Of a stretch of 64,000 bases of DNA, positions 38,470 to 51,494 are shown piece after piece. Numbering within the stretch: position 1 is the first letter of the stretch; every line of letters begins with the position of its first letter. The stretch is from Octopus vulgaris (Eukaryota): NCBI GenBank assembly GCA_951406725.2, contig OX597821.1:64232001-64296000 (forward strand), in the 5' to 3' direction. The translations under genes were made by a program, and so were the position numbers. The notes under the pieces were generated by a model. It had not been told where the DNA came from and searched no databases. It worked only from the letters and a program-made list of their open reading frames with translations.

Positions 38470-38901
38470 ATGATGAGCTGGGAGAATCGTTATACCATCC
38501 ATCAAAATGACTGCGGTATGTTTTCAGGTTCTTTACATTTTGAGTTCAAATCCTGCTGACTTCGACTTTGCCCTTCATCTCCGCAGGATCGATAAAATAA
38601 AGTTCAAGTGATATACCGGCGTCAGTACTAACGACCACCCCTCTTTCAAAGCTGCTTGCCTAGTGAAAAAATCAGAGGTTAATATCATAACATTTTAAGG
38701 CGGCATGTTGGCAGAATCGTTAACGCGCAGGGCAAAATGCTTTGTGGCATTTCGCCCATCACTACGTTCTGAGTTCAATTTCCGCCGAGGTTGACTTTGT
38801 CTTTCGTGGTCGATAAAATAAGTACCAGTTAAGCACTGGGGTCGATGTAATTGACTTACTCCTTTCGTCTAAATTACTGGCACTGTGACAAAATTTTAAA
38901 C
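38470..38901 (+). mobile_element. Two tandem SINE-A copies (old one at about 38470-38680; younger one at 38699-38901 with TSD TAATAT.ATAACATTTT)
   Basis: Head, core and type-II tail occur twice. Confidence 0.8.
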
Positions 38902-39504
38902 TAATATTATAACATTTTGCTTATCTGTTACTGTGTGAGTGTTAAAGTCTTCAAATATTTATTTGAAATACTTATTCAAAACACTTATTTAAATAAGAAA
39001 TATTTATTTGAAATGCAATTTAATTTATTTAAATTGTTGTAAGAGAAAATAAACTATAAGAAGATCAATATGGCCGTCTGAAGAGAATATATGATTAAGC
39101 GATATTATACAGAAAAAGTAGTTCGGTGACCGATTTAGAAATGATTTGAAAAAAGAGTAATGAGGAAATACGAAGGCCAATGTTGAGTGCTGGATTTATA
39201 AGCACGATAACATCTAAAATAAAATTAGTGTTATATAACTACATAATTTTGTGATATTTATATTGCTTGTGGAATTTTCGTGCAAGAAAAATGCCAGATA
39301 ATATACACGTATCTCCTGGATGCATGAGTAATGTTGCGTATTGAGATTAGAAGTATTATATGGAAGATTTAAATAAAGAGTCTTATAGCACAATGTTATG
39401 GGAAATAAATAGTAGAGAAAGTAACCAAGAATTTAGAGACATGAATACGAGTAAAATTTCCATGTTATAAGCAAAATGGTTTGCGTTTGGGAACTTGGTT
39501 TTGA

Positions 39505-39820
39505 TATTGGCTTCAAATTTTGGCACAAGGCCAGTAGATTTTTGAGAGGGGCTGATTCGATTACATCCACCCTAGTGTTCAACTGGTACTTAATTTATCG
39601 ACCCTGAAAAGATGAAAGATAAAGTCGACCTTGGGGGTATTTGAACTCAGAATATAAAAAAACAGGCGAAATGCTGCTAAGCATTTTTTCCCGACGTACT
39701 AACGATTCGGCCAGCTGGCCACCTTCAATTTCGTTTTCCGTATTAGGGATTAGGAAGGTGGCGAGCTGGCAGAAACGTTAAGTCGTTGGGCAAAATGCCT
39801 TATGTCAAAATTTGAAACCA
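39505..39820. mobile_element. Head-to-head SINE-A pair (minus 39505-39723; internally deleted plus copy at about 39757-39820)
   Basis: Family match; both have type-II tails. Confidence 0.75.
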
Positions 39821-39885
39821 ATATACACGTTTCTCTTTGGATGTGTGAGTAATGTTGTATATTGTGATTAGTAGAAGTATTGTAA

Positions 39886-40301
39886 GGCGGCGAGCTGACA
39901 GAATCGTTAGTACGCCGGGTGAAATGCTTAGCGGTATTTCGTCTGCCGCTACGTCCTGAGTTCAAATTCCGCCGAGGTCGACTTTGCCTTTCATCCTCTC
40001 GGGGGTCGATTAAATAAGTACCAGTTACACACTGGGATCGATATAATCGACTTAATCCGTTTGTCTGTCGTTGTTTGTCCTCTCTGTGTTTAGCCCCTAG
40101 TGGGTAGTAAAGAAATAGGTATTTCGTCTGCTGCTACGTTCTGAGTTCAAATTCCGCCGAGGTCGACTTTGCCTTTCATCCTTTCGGGGTCGATAAATTA
40201 AGTACCAGTTACGCACTGGGGTCGATGTAATCGACTCAATCCGTTTGTCTGTCCTTGTTTGTCTTCTCTATGTTTAGCCTCTTGTGGGCAATAAAGAAAT
40301 A
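39886..40301 (+). mobile_element. Dimeric SINE-A with TSD AGAAGTATTGTA
   Basis: TSD at 39873-39884 and 40302-40313. Confidence 0.92.
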
Positions 40302-41249
40302 AGAAGTATTGTATGGAACATTCAGAAAAAAAAGAGTCTTATAGTAAAACGGTAGGAAAAAATAGTAGAAAAAGTAACCAAGAATTTAGATACGTGAATA
40401 ATATAAATGCGAGGAAGATTGGTGCGCGTTTGGCAACTTGGTTTAATATAGGGAGTAACTATGTTACTAAGGAGTAGAAAAAAGACAACTAAAGATAAAT
40501 TTCTAATAGTAACAGATAATTAAGTATTTCTAACAGTGATAATATGGTACGTTGTAGGAAACCTGATTTGATAATTACAGTAAATATGTTACTAATGTAT
40601 AAATTATGTTCGCTAATAATAGTGGTGTATTAAGTGCTTATGACAAAAAAAATGTAAGCTTAGAAAAAGATTCTAAAACTATCTTAATAACAGATATGTG
40701 CTTTCATATTATTAGCTATACAAATTGGGAAGCATCTATTATGCAGGAATTATAATTTTAGTGATGAATGAAACTTGCATATCAATAGGATATCTGGTTA
40801 TAGACTAGCTATTCACTAGTGGTCGTTAAATAAAGTTAATCTGCTGCGACATGATTCTTAAACCGATGTTGGAATTTGGAAAAATAAAGAATGAATAGAT
40901 AGATAAATAAATACAGACAGACAAAAAGATGCAAATATATAGATGGCATGAAGCTAAAGGTGGAAAGGAATATGTATTATAAGGTTTGGTATGCTTGCAT
41001 AAAGAATGTGTGTCAGTGTGTCTACCCATACCAGATTCTGCAATATGTATTCCTTTGTGCTTTAGCTTCGTGCTACTTATCTATTTACCTTTCTATTTAT
41101 TCTTCATTCTATTTATCTATATATCTATCTTCAATATTGATTTTAAAATAAATATAGCCGCGAAAGGTTCTTATTCATTTAAAGAATACACGTAGAAAAT
41201 TTGACCGCTATTAAATTTGCAGATTATATGAAGTAAGTAGTTGTGTATA

Positions 41250-43090
41250 ATTACTGTCTGTTTGGGCATATCTTTGGTTTGAAATGTTTGAAAATTCTGA
41301 ATGCTCTATGTAAGTAATAATCACTGCGTTCTAAATGTCTGTTGAGGGGTAATGCATTTGCAAGCAGGATTTCATACCTATTAGCTGTATAAAGATAGCA
41401 TGCTTTTCATTACCTGTATAGGAGTTAGCTAAGCAAAGTATCTTCCATGCTTATCTATATTTGGTGGTTTTATTTAGTTTCATGTGAATTTTGCTAGCAA
41501 TGTATCATATCTGTTTCTCACTGAAAAAGTAAATCTGGTGATAATATCTACATTTGAACCGGCTGCTAGTGTGATTCATATAAAGAATAGACGTTATTAG
41601 TATCTCCTGATGCTTTATATGTATCGTTAAATTTATTAAAGGACATTCAATGTTACCAGTGTTAATAAAGTTACAGCTAGCGGTACCTGGGTTAGGAATC
41701 GATGGCTTAAGTTTAGACGACTTGAATGTAGCTAATTTGTATGCAAAAGTATGGGTCTTGAAATAAGGAATTTAGATATAGTTACAATTAATATTTTTCA
41801 ATTTTTATGTTAGGAGGAGTTTATATTGCAGACAAAAAAATATTGTTTGCAAATGGTGTAACTATAGCTAAACTGAATAGCTATTGCAACAGAGTATATT
41901 TCTTCAACGTTTTCGTTGTTCTAGTTCGGTTTGCATTTTCAGCAAATTATTTTATTTTATAATCCACTGCAGAAGAGGACATCATTGTATTATGGGGGAA
42001 TAATTCAAAATTTGTTGGCTTTGGGACAATTGGATAAAGTCAGATAAATCTTTTTGTTTAAATCATTGAAAATATTACCAGGATGGTTAGAATCTTTGTG
42101 TGTATATTTTAGTATCTCATTCAGCTTTTGGTAAGGAAAATATAAACTATCATATGGATTCAATGAAGTATCTAAGACATTGACGGTTTTGATGTTAGTT
42201 TTCATAATATTATGTATTATTACGCCTTTAAAGAAAGCTTGAAAAGTTTTCCTGAGCTTCTCCATTGTAGTTTTGTTTTCATTTCTTAACGACAGAATAC
42301 TATCATTTCAATAAAGAGTTGCTTCAATATGATAGAATTTGGATTTAAATTTCGGTAGGGGATAGAGAACCACGATATCGTTGAACATTGCTGAATCTGT
42401 TGCCCCTTATACTGACATCTAATGATAAGACGGACTGTTTTATATTTAATGGCATAAACATAAAGAAACACCTTTACATGCAAATTTGGATCATTTTAAT
42501 TTCCAAAACTGTAATGTCGATAATTAGATTGGCAAAGTTTCGGGAGATTAGTATAAATTATTTTAAACAGAAAAATAGTAATCTTTTATAGCAAATTATT
42601 AGAACATCAGTTGTTGTTTTTTTTTTTTTTAGCTAGAAATAATAAAAGAAGCGTTTGTTAAAAAAATGGTTTTTCTTTCATAATGATAGGGCTAAGACCT
42701 CGTTAAACTTAGTTGTGATACTTTCACGGCTGACTTCGCTATTGAATCTAATGAAAGCTTTCATTGATTCAATTAACCTAACAAATGGGTTTGTCCAAAG
42801 ATTTCTTTTTATGGTCCCTCAAACTGTAATATGGGAGTCCTGGCGAAACATGTTCTGTTTTGCTGTACATTTCCTTTATCATTAGCTACCGTTTTTCCTG
42901 CCTGTTATTAAAAGTATTCACGGTAGGTGATTTTCCTGTCTCTTTACTGAGTTTGATGAGAATGTATGCTAAATAGATTTATCTGTTTCGTATACGTTCT
43001 TAGTCTTATCAGATTCAAAACTATGTTATTCCTTAATTCTGAGTTTTTCATTTTTTTTTTGTATTCCGTGTTTAAATTTTTCCTAGAAAT
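41250..43090 (-). pseudogene. Heavily decayed Penelope-like element ORF (RT plus GIY-YIG), possibly Naiad-like
   Basis: Remnants in the expected order: DHK..WTNPFVRLI; LDVSI..ATDSAMFNDIVVLY; LY*NDSI (YxDD position); VNVLDTSLN..YTHKDSNHP; CN..CPL; FKCRYYH. Many stops and frameshifts. Confidence 0.7.
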
Positions 43091-43134
43091 TGTTGCCTGT
43101 TACATTCTTAATTAATAGAATAGGGCAAACTTCA

Positions 43135-43920
43135 GATACATGTGCATATGTATGTTTGTATGCATGCATGTATGTATGCATGTATGCATGTATGTATACA
43201 TGCATGCATATGCATGTATATACGGGTGCATATGTATTTATATATACATATGTATGTATGTATATTTGTATGTCTGTATGCATACACGTATGTATTTATG
43301 TATGTATATATTTATGCATATGCATGCATGTATGTATTTATGTATGCATGTATGTATGTATACATGCATGCATGCATGTTTGTATTTATGTATGCATGTA
43401 TGTATGTATGCATGCGTGTATTTATGTATGCATGCATGTACATGCATGTATATAAGGGTGCATATGTGTGTATGTATGTATCCATGTATATATGTATGCA
43501 TGCATGTATGTATTTATGTATGTATTTATGTATGCATTTATGTATGTATGCATGCAAGCATGTATGTATGTATATATGTATGTATGTATTATGTATATAT
43601 GTATGTATGTATGTATTATGTATATATGTATGTATGAATGAATGCATATGTACGTATGTACGCATGTATGTAAGCATGCATATATGTGTGAATGCATGCA
43701 TGTATGTGTGTATGCATGTACGTATATATGTGCGTTTGTAAGCATGCATGCATGTATATGCATGTATATAAGGATGCATATGTACGTATGTATGCATGTA
43801 TGTATGCAAGCATGTATGTATGAATGAATGCATATATGTATGCATGTATGTATGTATGTATGTATGTATGTATGCATGCACGTTTGTATGTATGCATGTA
43901 CGTATGTATGTACGTTTGTA
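43135..43920. repeat. Degenerate (ATGT/ATGC)n array with higher-order units
   Basis: GCATGTATATA(C/A)G(G)(G/A)TGCATATG-type marker recurs at about 43210, 43443 and 43760. Confidence 0.9.
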
Positions 43921-44281
43921 TTTAAGTATGCGTGTCTGTATATTCTCTTCTGATTTTAATTATTTAAATTCTTTTTCTGAGGAAGAAGTTCGTTTCTAAC
44001 AAAATACAAAACTCCATAGTTGGAATGTATATAACGAAAGTAATGTCACATTTTAAACTTCAGAAAAGTCTTGCATATTTTACTGCTCCACCTACCCATT
44101 GTATCTGTAATGTGCGAACTAGTTGATCGCTTTTTCTTGAAAATAGAAATTTATGTATGTATGTATGTATGTATGTATGTATGTATGTATGTATGTATGT
44201 ATGTATGTATGTATGTATGTGAATGTTTTTGCCCATGCGTTTATGCGTGCGTTAAAAAAATATTAAAATATAATTTAGATA

Positions 44282-44429
44282 GGCATATGAGTGGCTGTGT
44301 GGTAAGCAGCTTGCTTACGAACCACATGGTTTCGGATTCAGTCCCCACTGCGTGGCACCTTGAGCAAGTCTTCTACTATAACTTCGGGCCGACCAAAGCC
44401 TTGTGAGTGGATTTGAAAGAAAGCCCGTC

Positions 44430-44488
<59 letters not shown>

Positions 44489-44578
44489 TTGTGTGCGTGT
44501 GTATGTGTTTGTATGTCTGTGTTTGTCCCCCAACATCGCTTGACAACCGATGGTGGTGTGTTTACATCCCCGTAACAT
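44282..44578 (+). mobile_element. SINE family B, 3' truncated
   Basis: Head GGCATATGAGTGGCTGTGTGGTAAG plus CORE-like segment. Confidence 0.85.
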
Positions 44579-45459
44579 AGAATATAAATGCTTATCAATA
44601 TAGGATTTCATTATAGGGACAACACTTCTGTGAAATGATCGTGAGTTGCTTTAAATACTTAATTCAAAACTTTCAAACTGTCATATACATTATATATTTA
44701 TAGTTATACCTATTTACATATATTTTATACATATTTATATTTATTTATTTATATATTGTTAATACAATTATTTTTCACACGTGTGTATCTTTCTGAGGAG
44801 TTTTCTGATATTGATTTCCTAATATTAATAATAATATATTATTAAAAATATATATGTATATAATCACTCGTATTAAATATATAAATACTTTAATAGTATT
44901 AATACTTTGATACAATAGAGTACCCAAAATAAATTCAGTATATAATATTCTTATTGAATATATTTAACTAGAGATTTATATATATGTATGTATGTATATA
45001 TAACAGAATTACTACTAGTTATGTATTATGAATCCGGGAAAAATACTTTATAAGTTCTCAGTTTGTGCATCAGGCTCTAACAAACAACATTGATTAGATT
45101 AAAAGGAACTCGACGATATTTTTTTCGTGTGGCAGGGTCCGAGGTTAAAGGTCATCGCTATTCTATATTGTAAATCTGTGGTTGTGCTCCACTTATACTA
45201 GTTTTTACACAGAGTGATATACAAGACAACGTATAAATAAGAGTCGTTACATATTTTCCTTGCTGTATTTTTCTCGGTTCTAAGTAATGTTACTTATCCT
45301 TCCAATATCTAGCAATATGTTAATCGATATTTTAGCTTTACAATTCCTTCGGTAATCAATTCAGTTACTCGTACTATCTAACAGATCAATGCTAATGTTT
45401 AGTCTTGTTGTTTGTGTTACTGCCATTTTTCCCTGTCATTTTATAACTTACTGCCAATT

Positions 45460-46040
45460 TCTTCTTGTTCTTGTTCTTCTTTTCTTCCATCTTCTTCCTC
45501 CCCAGCATCATTGTCATCCTCATTCTTCTTCTTCTTCTTCTTCTTCTTCTTCTTCTTCTTCTTCTTCTTCTTCTTCTTCTTCTTCTTCTTCTTCTTCTTC
45601 TCCTCCACTTCTTCCTCTTTGTTCTTTTCCTTCACCTTCTCTCTTTTTCTTTTTCCTTCATCTTCTTCTCATCTTCTTCTTCTTCTTCTCCTCCTCCTTG
45701 TTCTTCTCTTTCTTTCTTTCTTCTTCTTCCCCTTCCTTCCTTCCTCCTCCTCCTTGTTCTTCTCTTTTCTCCTTTTCCTTCTTCTTTTTCTTCTTCTTGT
45801 TCTCATCCTCCTCCTCCACTTGCTCCTCCTTGTTCTTCTCTTTCACCTTCTCTCCTTTTCTCTTTCCTTCTTCTTCTCCACCTCCTCCTGCTTGTTCTTC
45901 TTTTCTCCTTTTCCTTCTTCTTCTTCTTCTTCTTCTTCTTCTTCTTCTTCTTTTCTTCTTCTTCTTCTTCTTTTTCTTCTTCTTCTTTTTCTTTTTCTTT
46001 TTCTTCTTCTTTCCCTCTTCCTTCTTCCTTTTTCTTCTTA
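45460..46040. repeat. ~580-bp polypyrimidine (TTC/TCC) tract
   Basis: Seen directly. Confidence 0.95.
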
Positions 46041-46724
46041 CTGCATTTAACATCACATGCATAGTTTCTTCATAAGTTCAACTCGATTTTATCCTCAAGC
46101 ACCACATCCACGTAATATAGGCAGTTAAAATCTCTGTCGATGCAATGATGAAATACCACATCACCTCGCATATACCTAGAGGGCAGCACAAGTCTTGCAT
46201 TGGATTAAATATATCTCTATCATTATCATCATCATCATCATCCGTTTCTTCTTTTCTCAATTTCAATACTTTGCCAAATCTGAAATTAGAGTTGACCCTA
46301 TCATAGGTCTGAGTCGGGTGTCAAATGTGAACCACTCGGCATTCCTATGCCAAACGTCACAGCCACCTGTTGCGCTTCGATAATCCTTTAATCTGATAAT
46401 CCACACGTGCCATCGTTAATTACATATTGCTATGATGATATGGTAACTTCAACCATTCCGATAAGTAATAACGAATCTTATGTTCTTTTACCATGTTACT
46501 GCAGTTGTTACAGACTAATGTACATTAACGTATTGCCAAGAGGCGAGCTAAGAACGGCTCAACATCTGAGTTTTGAAGTTGTCGCCCAATCCGCTAAAAG
46601 TGGCGATCAACTCTCCCTCAATTCACTCTATGCCGTCTTAAAAGGAACACGTCAGTTAATGTAGACCTGGGTTCTCTGACATAGGAAATGCCTTTGATCA
46701 AAATTCTGCACTATCAGCAGTGGT

Positions 46725-47570
<846 letters not shown>

Positions 47571-47919
47571 CTGAGCTGTTAAAACGACTGAGTATTTGAA
47601 GAAGTATATGTTTGTCAAATAATCCCCCACTTCTAATGTTTACTCGAACAGTCCAGAGGTTATTATCTTTCTAATTATCATTCAATCGGAACAAAAGCAG
47701 ACTCCCAAATTTTAAGTCAGATTTATACGTGCCATGCACGAAACTGTTCCGGAGTCACTCTGGCATTCTGCCAGCTGAAAATAATAATAATAATAATAAT
47801 AATATAAATATATATACAAATACTTGCACAGAATTCTATTTATCTTGTTTATCGTACTATACTTAAACACACGCATTTGTCTATATATATGTATATACAT
47901 ACATATACATGTAAATATA

Positions 47920-48136
47920 CGAGGGGATGCTAAAAAGTTCCTGGCTTTAACGGTATCGCGAAGGGCTTAGCTGGAAGCCCAACAATACGAGTTCTTTTAT
48001 AGGACTTAGAAAAACTGAAAGAGAGCTGCAATAAGCGCGTGGACTTGAGAGTGGAAGATGTTGAATAAAATCGTAATTAAGTGATCCTCCTGTATTATCT
48101 TTTACCCAAAACCAGGAAATTTTCAGCTGCCCTTCG
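47920..48136 (+). mobile_element. mariner-derived MITE (217 bp)
   Basis: TA on both sides; TIRs CGAGGGGATGCTAAAAAGTTCCTGG / CCAGGAAATTTTCAGCTGCCCTTCG. Internal LEKLKESCNKRVDLRVEDVE* resembles a mariner transposase C-terminus. Confidence 0.85.
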
Positions 48137-48539
48137 TATATATGATCGGTTTCTGGGAATGTTTATATGATCGGTTCCTGGGAATTCACTGATTTTATGA
48201 TATTGAGCTGGTAGTTCCTGCGATTGTGTAATTGTTCTTTTAACCTATTTTTAATGCAGTATTTATGTTGTTTATGCTTACTGTCCGGTTTTGTAAGCCT
48301 AGCTGCTTTTTGTAGCAATTTGTGCAATCAGGTAGGGGTTTCTTAACTTCGTCGGATGTATAGTCCTCCTTCTTTTCATTGTGCATAGATCGCTTCCTTT
48401 TGTTAGTGCATCACCTTCATAAAGAAATGTATTTGAGACTCTAATACATTAGACAGACTATATATATATATATATATATATATACTTCGAAATGGATGCA
48501 TAGCTTTCAATTAAATAAATATAATTTGAATATATATGA

Positions 48540-48607
<68 letters not shown>

Positions 48608-48666
48608 TTATATATGTATGTATATACATATATGTATATATGTATATATATTTATGTATATATATG

Positions 48667-48728
<62 letters not shown>

Positions 48729-49212
48729 CATACATATATGGATAGAGGACGTCACCTACTGTGTAAATAACATGAAATATGAAAGCAAACGAGTTAAATA
48801 CGCAAACAACGATATCAAAAATGGAAAACAGGACAAATAAGCACAGAGAACGCCCCTTCACTAGTTGTCGGCTGTCTATCTACTCCTCATTTCGAGCATT
48901 CAACGACAATATGAATCTTAAAAGACAGTTGCTCCCATAAATTCTAAAGTAAAATTTAGGATTTATGGAGTGTCAAAGTTGGGAACAAAATCAGGAAAGT
49001 GTAGACATACGAGGAAACCGAACGAAAACAAACATGGAGGGTCGTTAGACCAGAACGAGGGGACAATAGTAAATGCTGGAGAAATACTTTCTTTGAAAAG
49101 AGAAAATATAGAAGAGAGAGAAAGAAAATGTCCAGTCCTTTGAACGTCCGTGCAGGAAAAGAAAGATGGTCATGTGAGGAAAAGAAAAATGTACGATGAT
49201 CACGTGTGAGCA

Positions 49213-49251
<39 letters not shown>

Positions 49252-49875
49252 GGAGAGAGAGACAAATTTTTAATCTCTGAGCCCATGGTTTGTTCTATTT
49301 GAAAATCAGGACGCTGGTACATGAGAAATCACGAGATAAAAAAACAAGAAGGTTAATCCAAAAATTGGAATGAGAAGAGAAAGGATGAATTTAAACGGCA
49401 AAAAAAGGATAGAAAAGAAAAAAATTAGCTCTACATCCCTTTTGATCCTAGAAGTTATAATTAGTTTAATTATGACCTCTGTAGCCAAAGAGGACGTAAC
49501 TCTAACTTTTGTATTATTTATTCACCATTACACGCATTTCATTTGCGAATAGGAATTAGAAAATTGCACAGGTAGGGGTAACACGTAAGATATCTCTTAT
49601 TATAAGTCGTTCAAGCAGAGAACCAAATAATATTAGCAAATGAAACACGTGTAATGTTGAATAAATTATACAAAATCTTTTTTTTACCCCATTTCCTGTC
49701 TTGATAAGTAAATACTCAGCCAAAGTTTTATGTATACCTCATACAAATATAACATCTGGATAGAACTTTGGAGAATTGGAATGAACAGATGTGCTTCAAG
49801 ACGACACATCTTGGATTTAACCTTCTCTACATCATATATATATATATATATATATATACATGCACACACACACAC

Positions 49876-49934
<59 letters not shown>

Positions 49935-50038
49935 TCAATAAATGGTGGGGTTGTGTTGACCGCACGTGGAGAAATGATAAGTAAGGAAAAGTTTTTTTAA
50001 AAATGCAGAATGCTCAAATGAAAGAAAATTTTAATAAA

Positions 50039-50497
50039 CTCTTGACAAATGCCAAACTTCACACACCACATCCACCCCCAACAGCAAAAAAATGTGCACG
50101 CTCAAACTGTGGTACCTGCCCCTTTCTACTTGAAGGCTCTGAATTTACCTTCAAACAAGGTACGAAGTTTAAAATCAAGACTAACTTCTCCTGTTCCTCC
50201 GAGAACCTTATCTACGTTCTCACATGCGCTGGTTGCCAACATAATTATGTTGGACAAACGAGTCTCCCGTTACGTAAACGAGTAACGGTGCATAAAGAAC
50301 AAATAAATCTCCCGGAATACCGACAAATTCCACTGAGTGACCACTTAGACTCATGTGCTAAAGACTTAAACCCCAAATTCTATATATTCCCCTTCTACCA
50401 ATGTAAAGACGGGATCACCACACAGGAGAGAATTAACAAGGAGAATCTCTTTATTGAAAAATTCCAAACACAACTTAATATGCAAACTCCTCGTTGA
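50039..50497 (+). pseudogene. Open C-terminal fragment of a PLE ORF: Cys-rich linker plus GIY-YIG endonuclease (Neptune-like)
   Basis: KCARSNCGTC...CSSENLIYVLTCAGCQHNYVGQT...RKRVTVH...H...RINKENLFI...LN. The first 12 codons of the tracked ORF come from the inverted segment. Confidence 0.88.
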
Positions 50498-51125
50498 TCA
50501 AACTTCCTTTCTCTACCTCACTCTTCATGGATGGACTAACACAAATATATAAAGATACCATGCATTCATCACTTCAAGCTAAAACTTATATTCTTTAAAT
50601 ATCATTTTTACTATTGTTGTTATTACTATCATTTTTATTATAAATGATATGACAATTTGAAATGCAATTGTCTATGCAGATTTATATAATTAGAAAATAA
50701 TATAAATAAAGTGTTAAAATCTGAAAGTTAAGTTAACAAGCAATTATATAAAAAAGATAACGCAAATGAAGCTAAAATGATAATTTTATAATTTGGGTTT
50801 TATTGAAGAACTCAAAAGAGTTGTCTCCCCTTACTCACAACACAGGAACTGAAGAACCAGGACCACAATTACTACTACTTCCTGTCCTGCAAACATGCTG
50901 AATTTAACAACACAACACATGCTCTTAATCCCTTTGGATCTTAACACCTCAAGGTAATTTTTTCGTAAACAACCATAAAACTCAAGATACACAACGAACT
51001 CACAATGTATCGGAGAACTTATTTTTTAATTTTTGTACATTTTTATCATTATTCTTTTACAAAAAACAATGCAATTTTCTTTTTTTCCCCTTTCTAATTT
51101 TTAAAAAAACTTTTTAAAACATAAA

Positions 51126-51166
51126 TATTCTTGACAAGTCATACAATGACGAAAACCGGTTGAATA
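51126..51166 (+). ncRNA. Minimal type-I hammerhead ribozyme-like motif in the PLE pseudo-LTR
   Basis: Stem I TATTC/GAATA; core TTGACAA; stem II GTCA-tacaa-TGAC; GAAA; palindromic ACCGGT; putative cleavage after GUU. Confidence 0.6.
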
Positions 51167-51258
51167 AATATATATTTATATATTTTATCAATTTCTCATT
51201 TTATTAAAATTTTCTTTCATTTGAGCATTCTGCATTTTTAAAAAAACTTTTCCTTACT

Positions 51259-51293
<35 letters not shown>

Positions 51294-51385
51294 ATGTATA
51301 TATATATGTGAATGTAGCTGTATATATAGATTTGTATATATATATATGTATATATATGTGTGTACATATATATACATATATGCAT

Positions 51386-51494
<109 letters not shown>

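Larger units (their letters stand above)
49978..51260 (+). mobile_element. 5'-truncated Penelope-like element with GIY-YIG coding end, pseudo-LTR and inverted 5' segment
   Basis: 49978-50038 is the reverse complement of about 51200-51260. Hammerhead-like motif at 51126-51166. (TA)n arrays on both sides. Confidence 0.9.

Noticed and set aside
45132-45145. 14-nt match to a common stem-loop RT-PCR primer (GCAGGGTCCGAGGT)
   Set aside because: Short, with no other vector or adapter sequence; probably coincidence.
46145-46312. C/D box snoRNA (ATGATGA ... CTGA)
   Set aside because: No terminal stem or recognisable guide sequence; these motifs are common by chance.
50003-50497. Stand-alone or domesticated GIY-YIG nuclease gene
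   Set aside because: The ATG comes from the inverted LTR segment and the structure is a truncated PLE. Expression is not excluded but nothing supports it.
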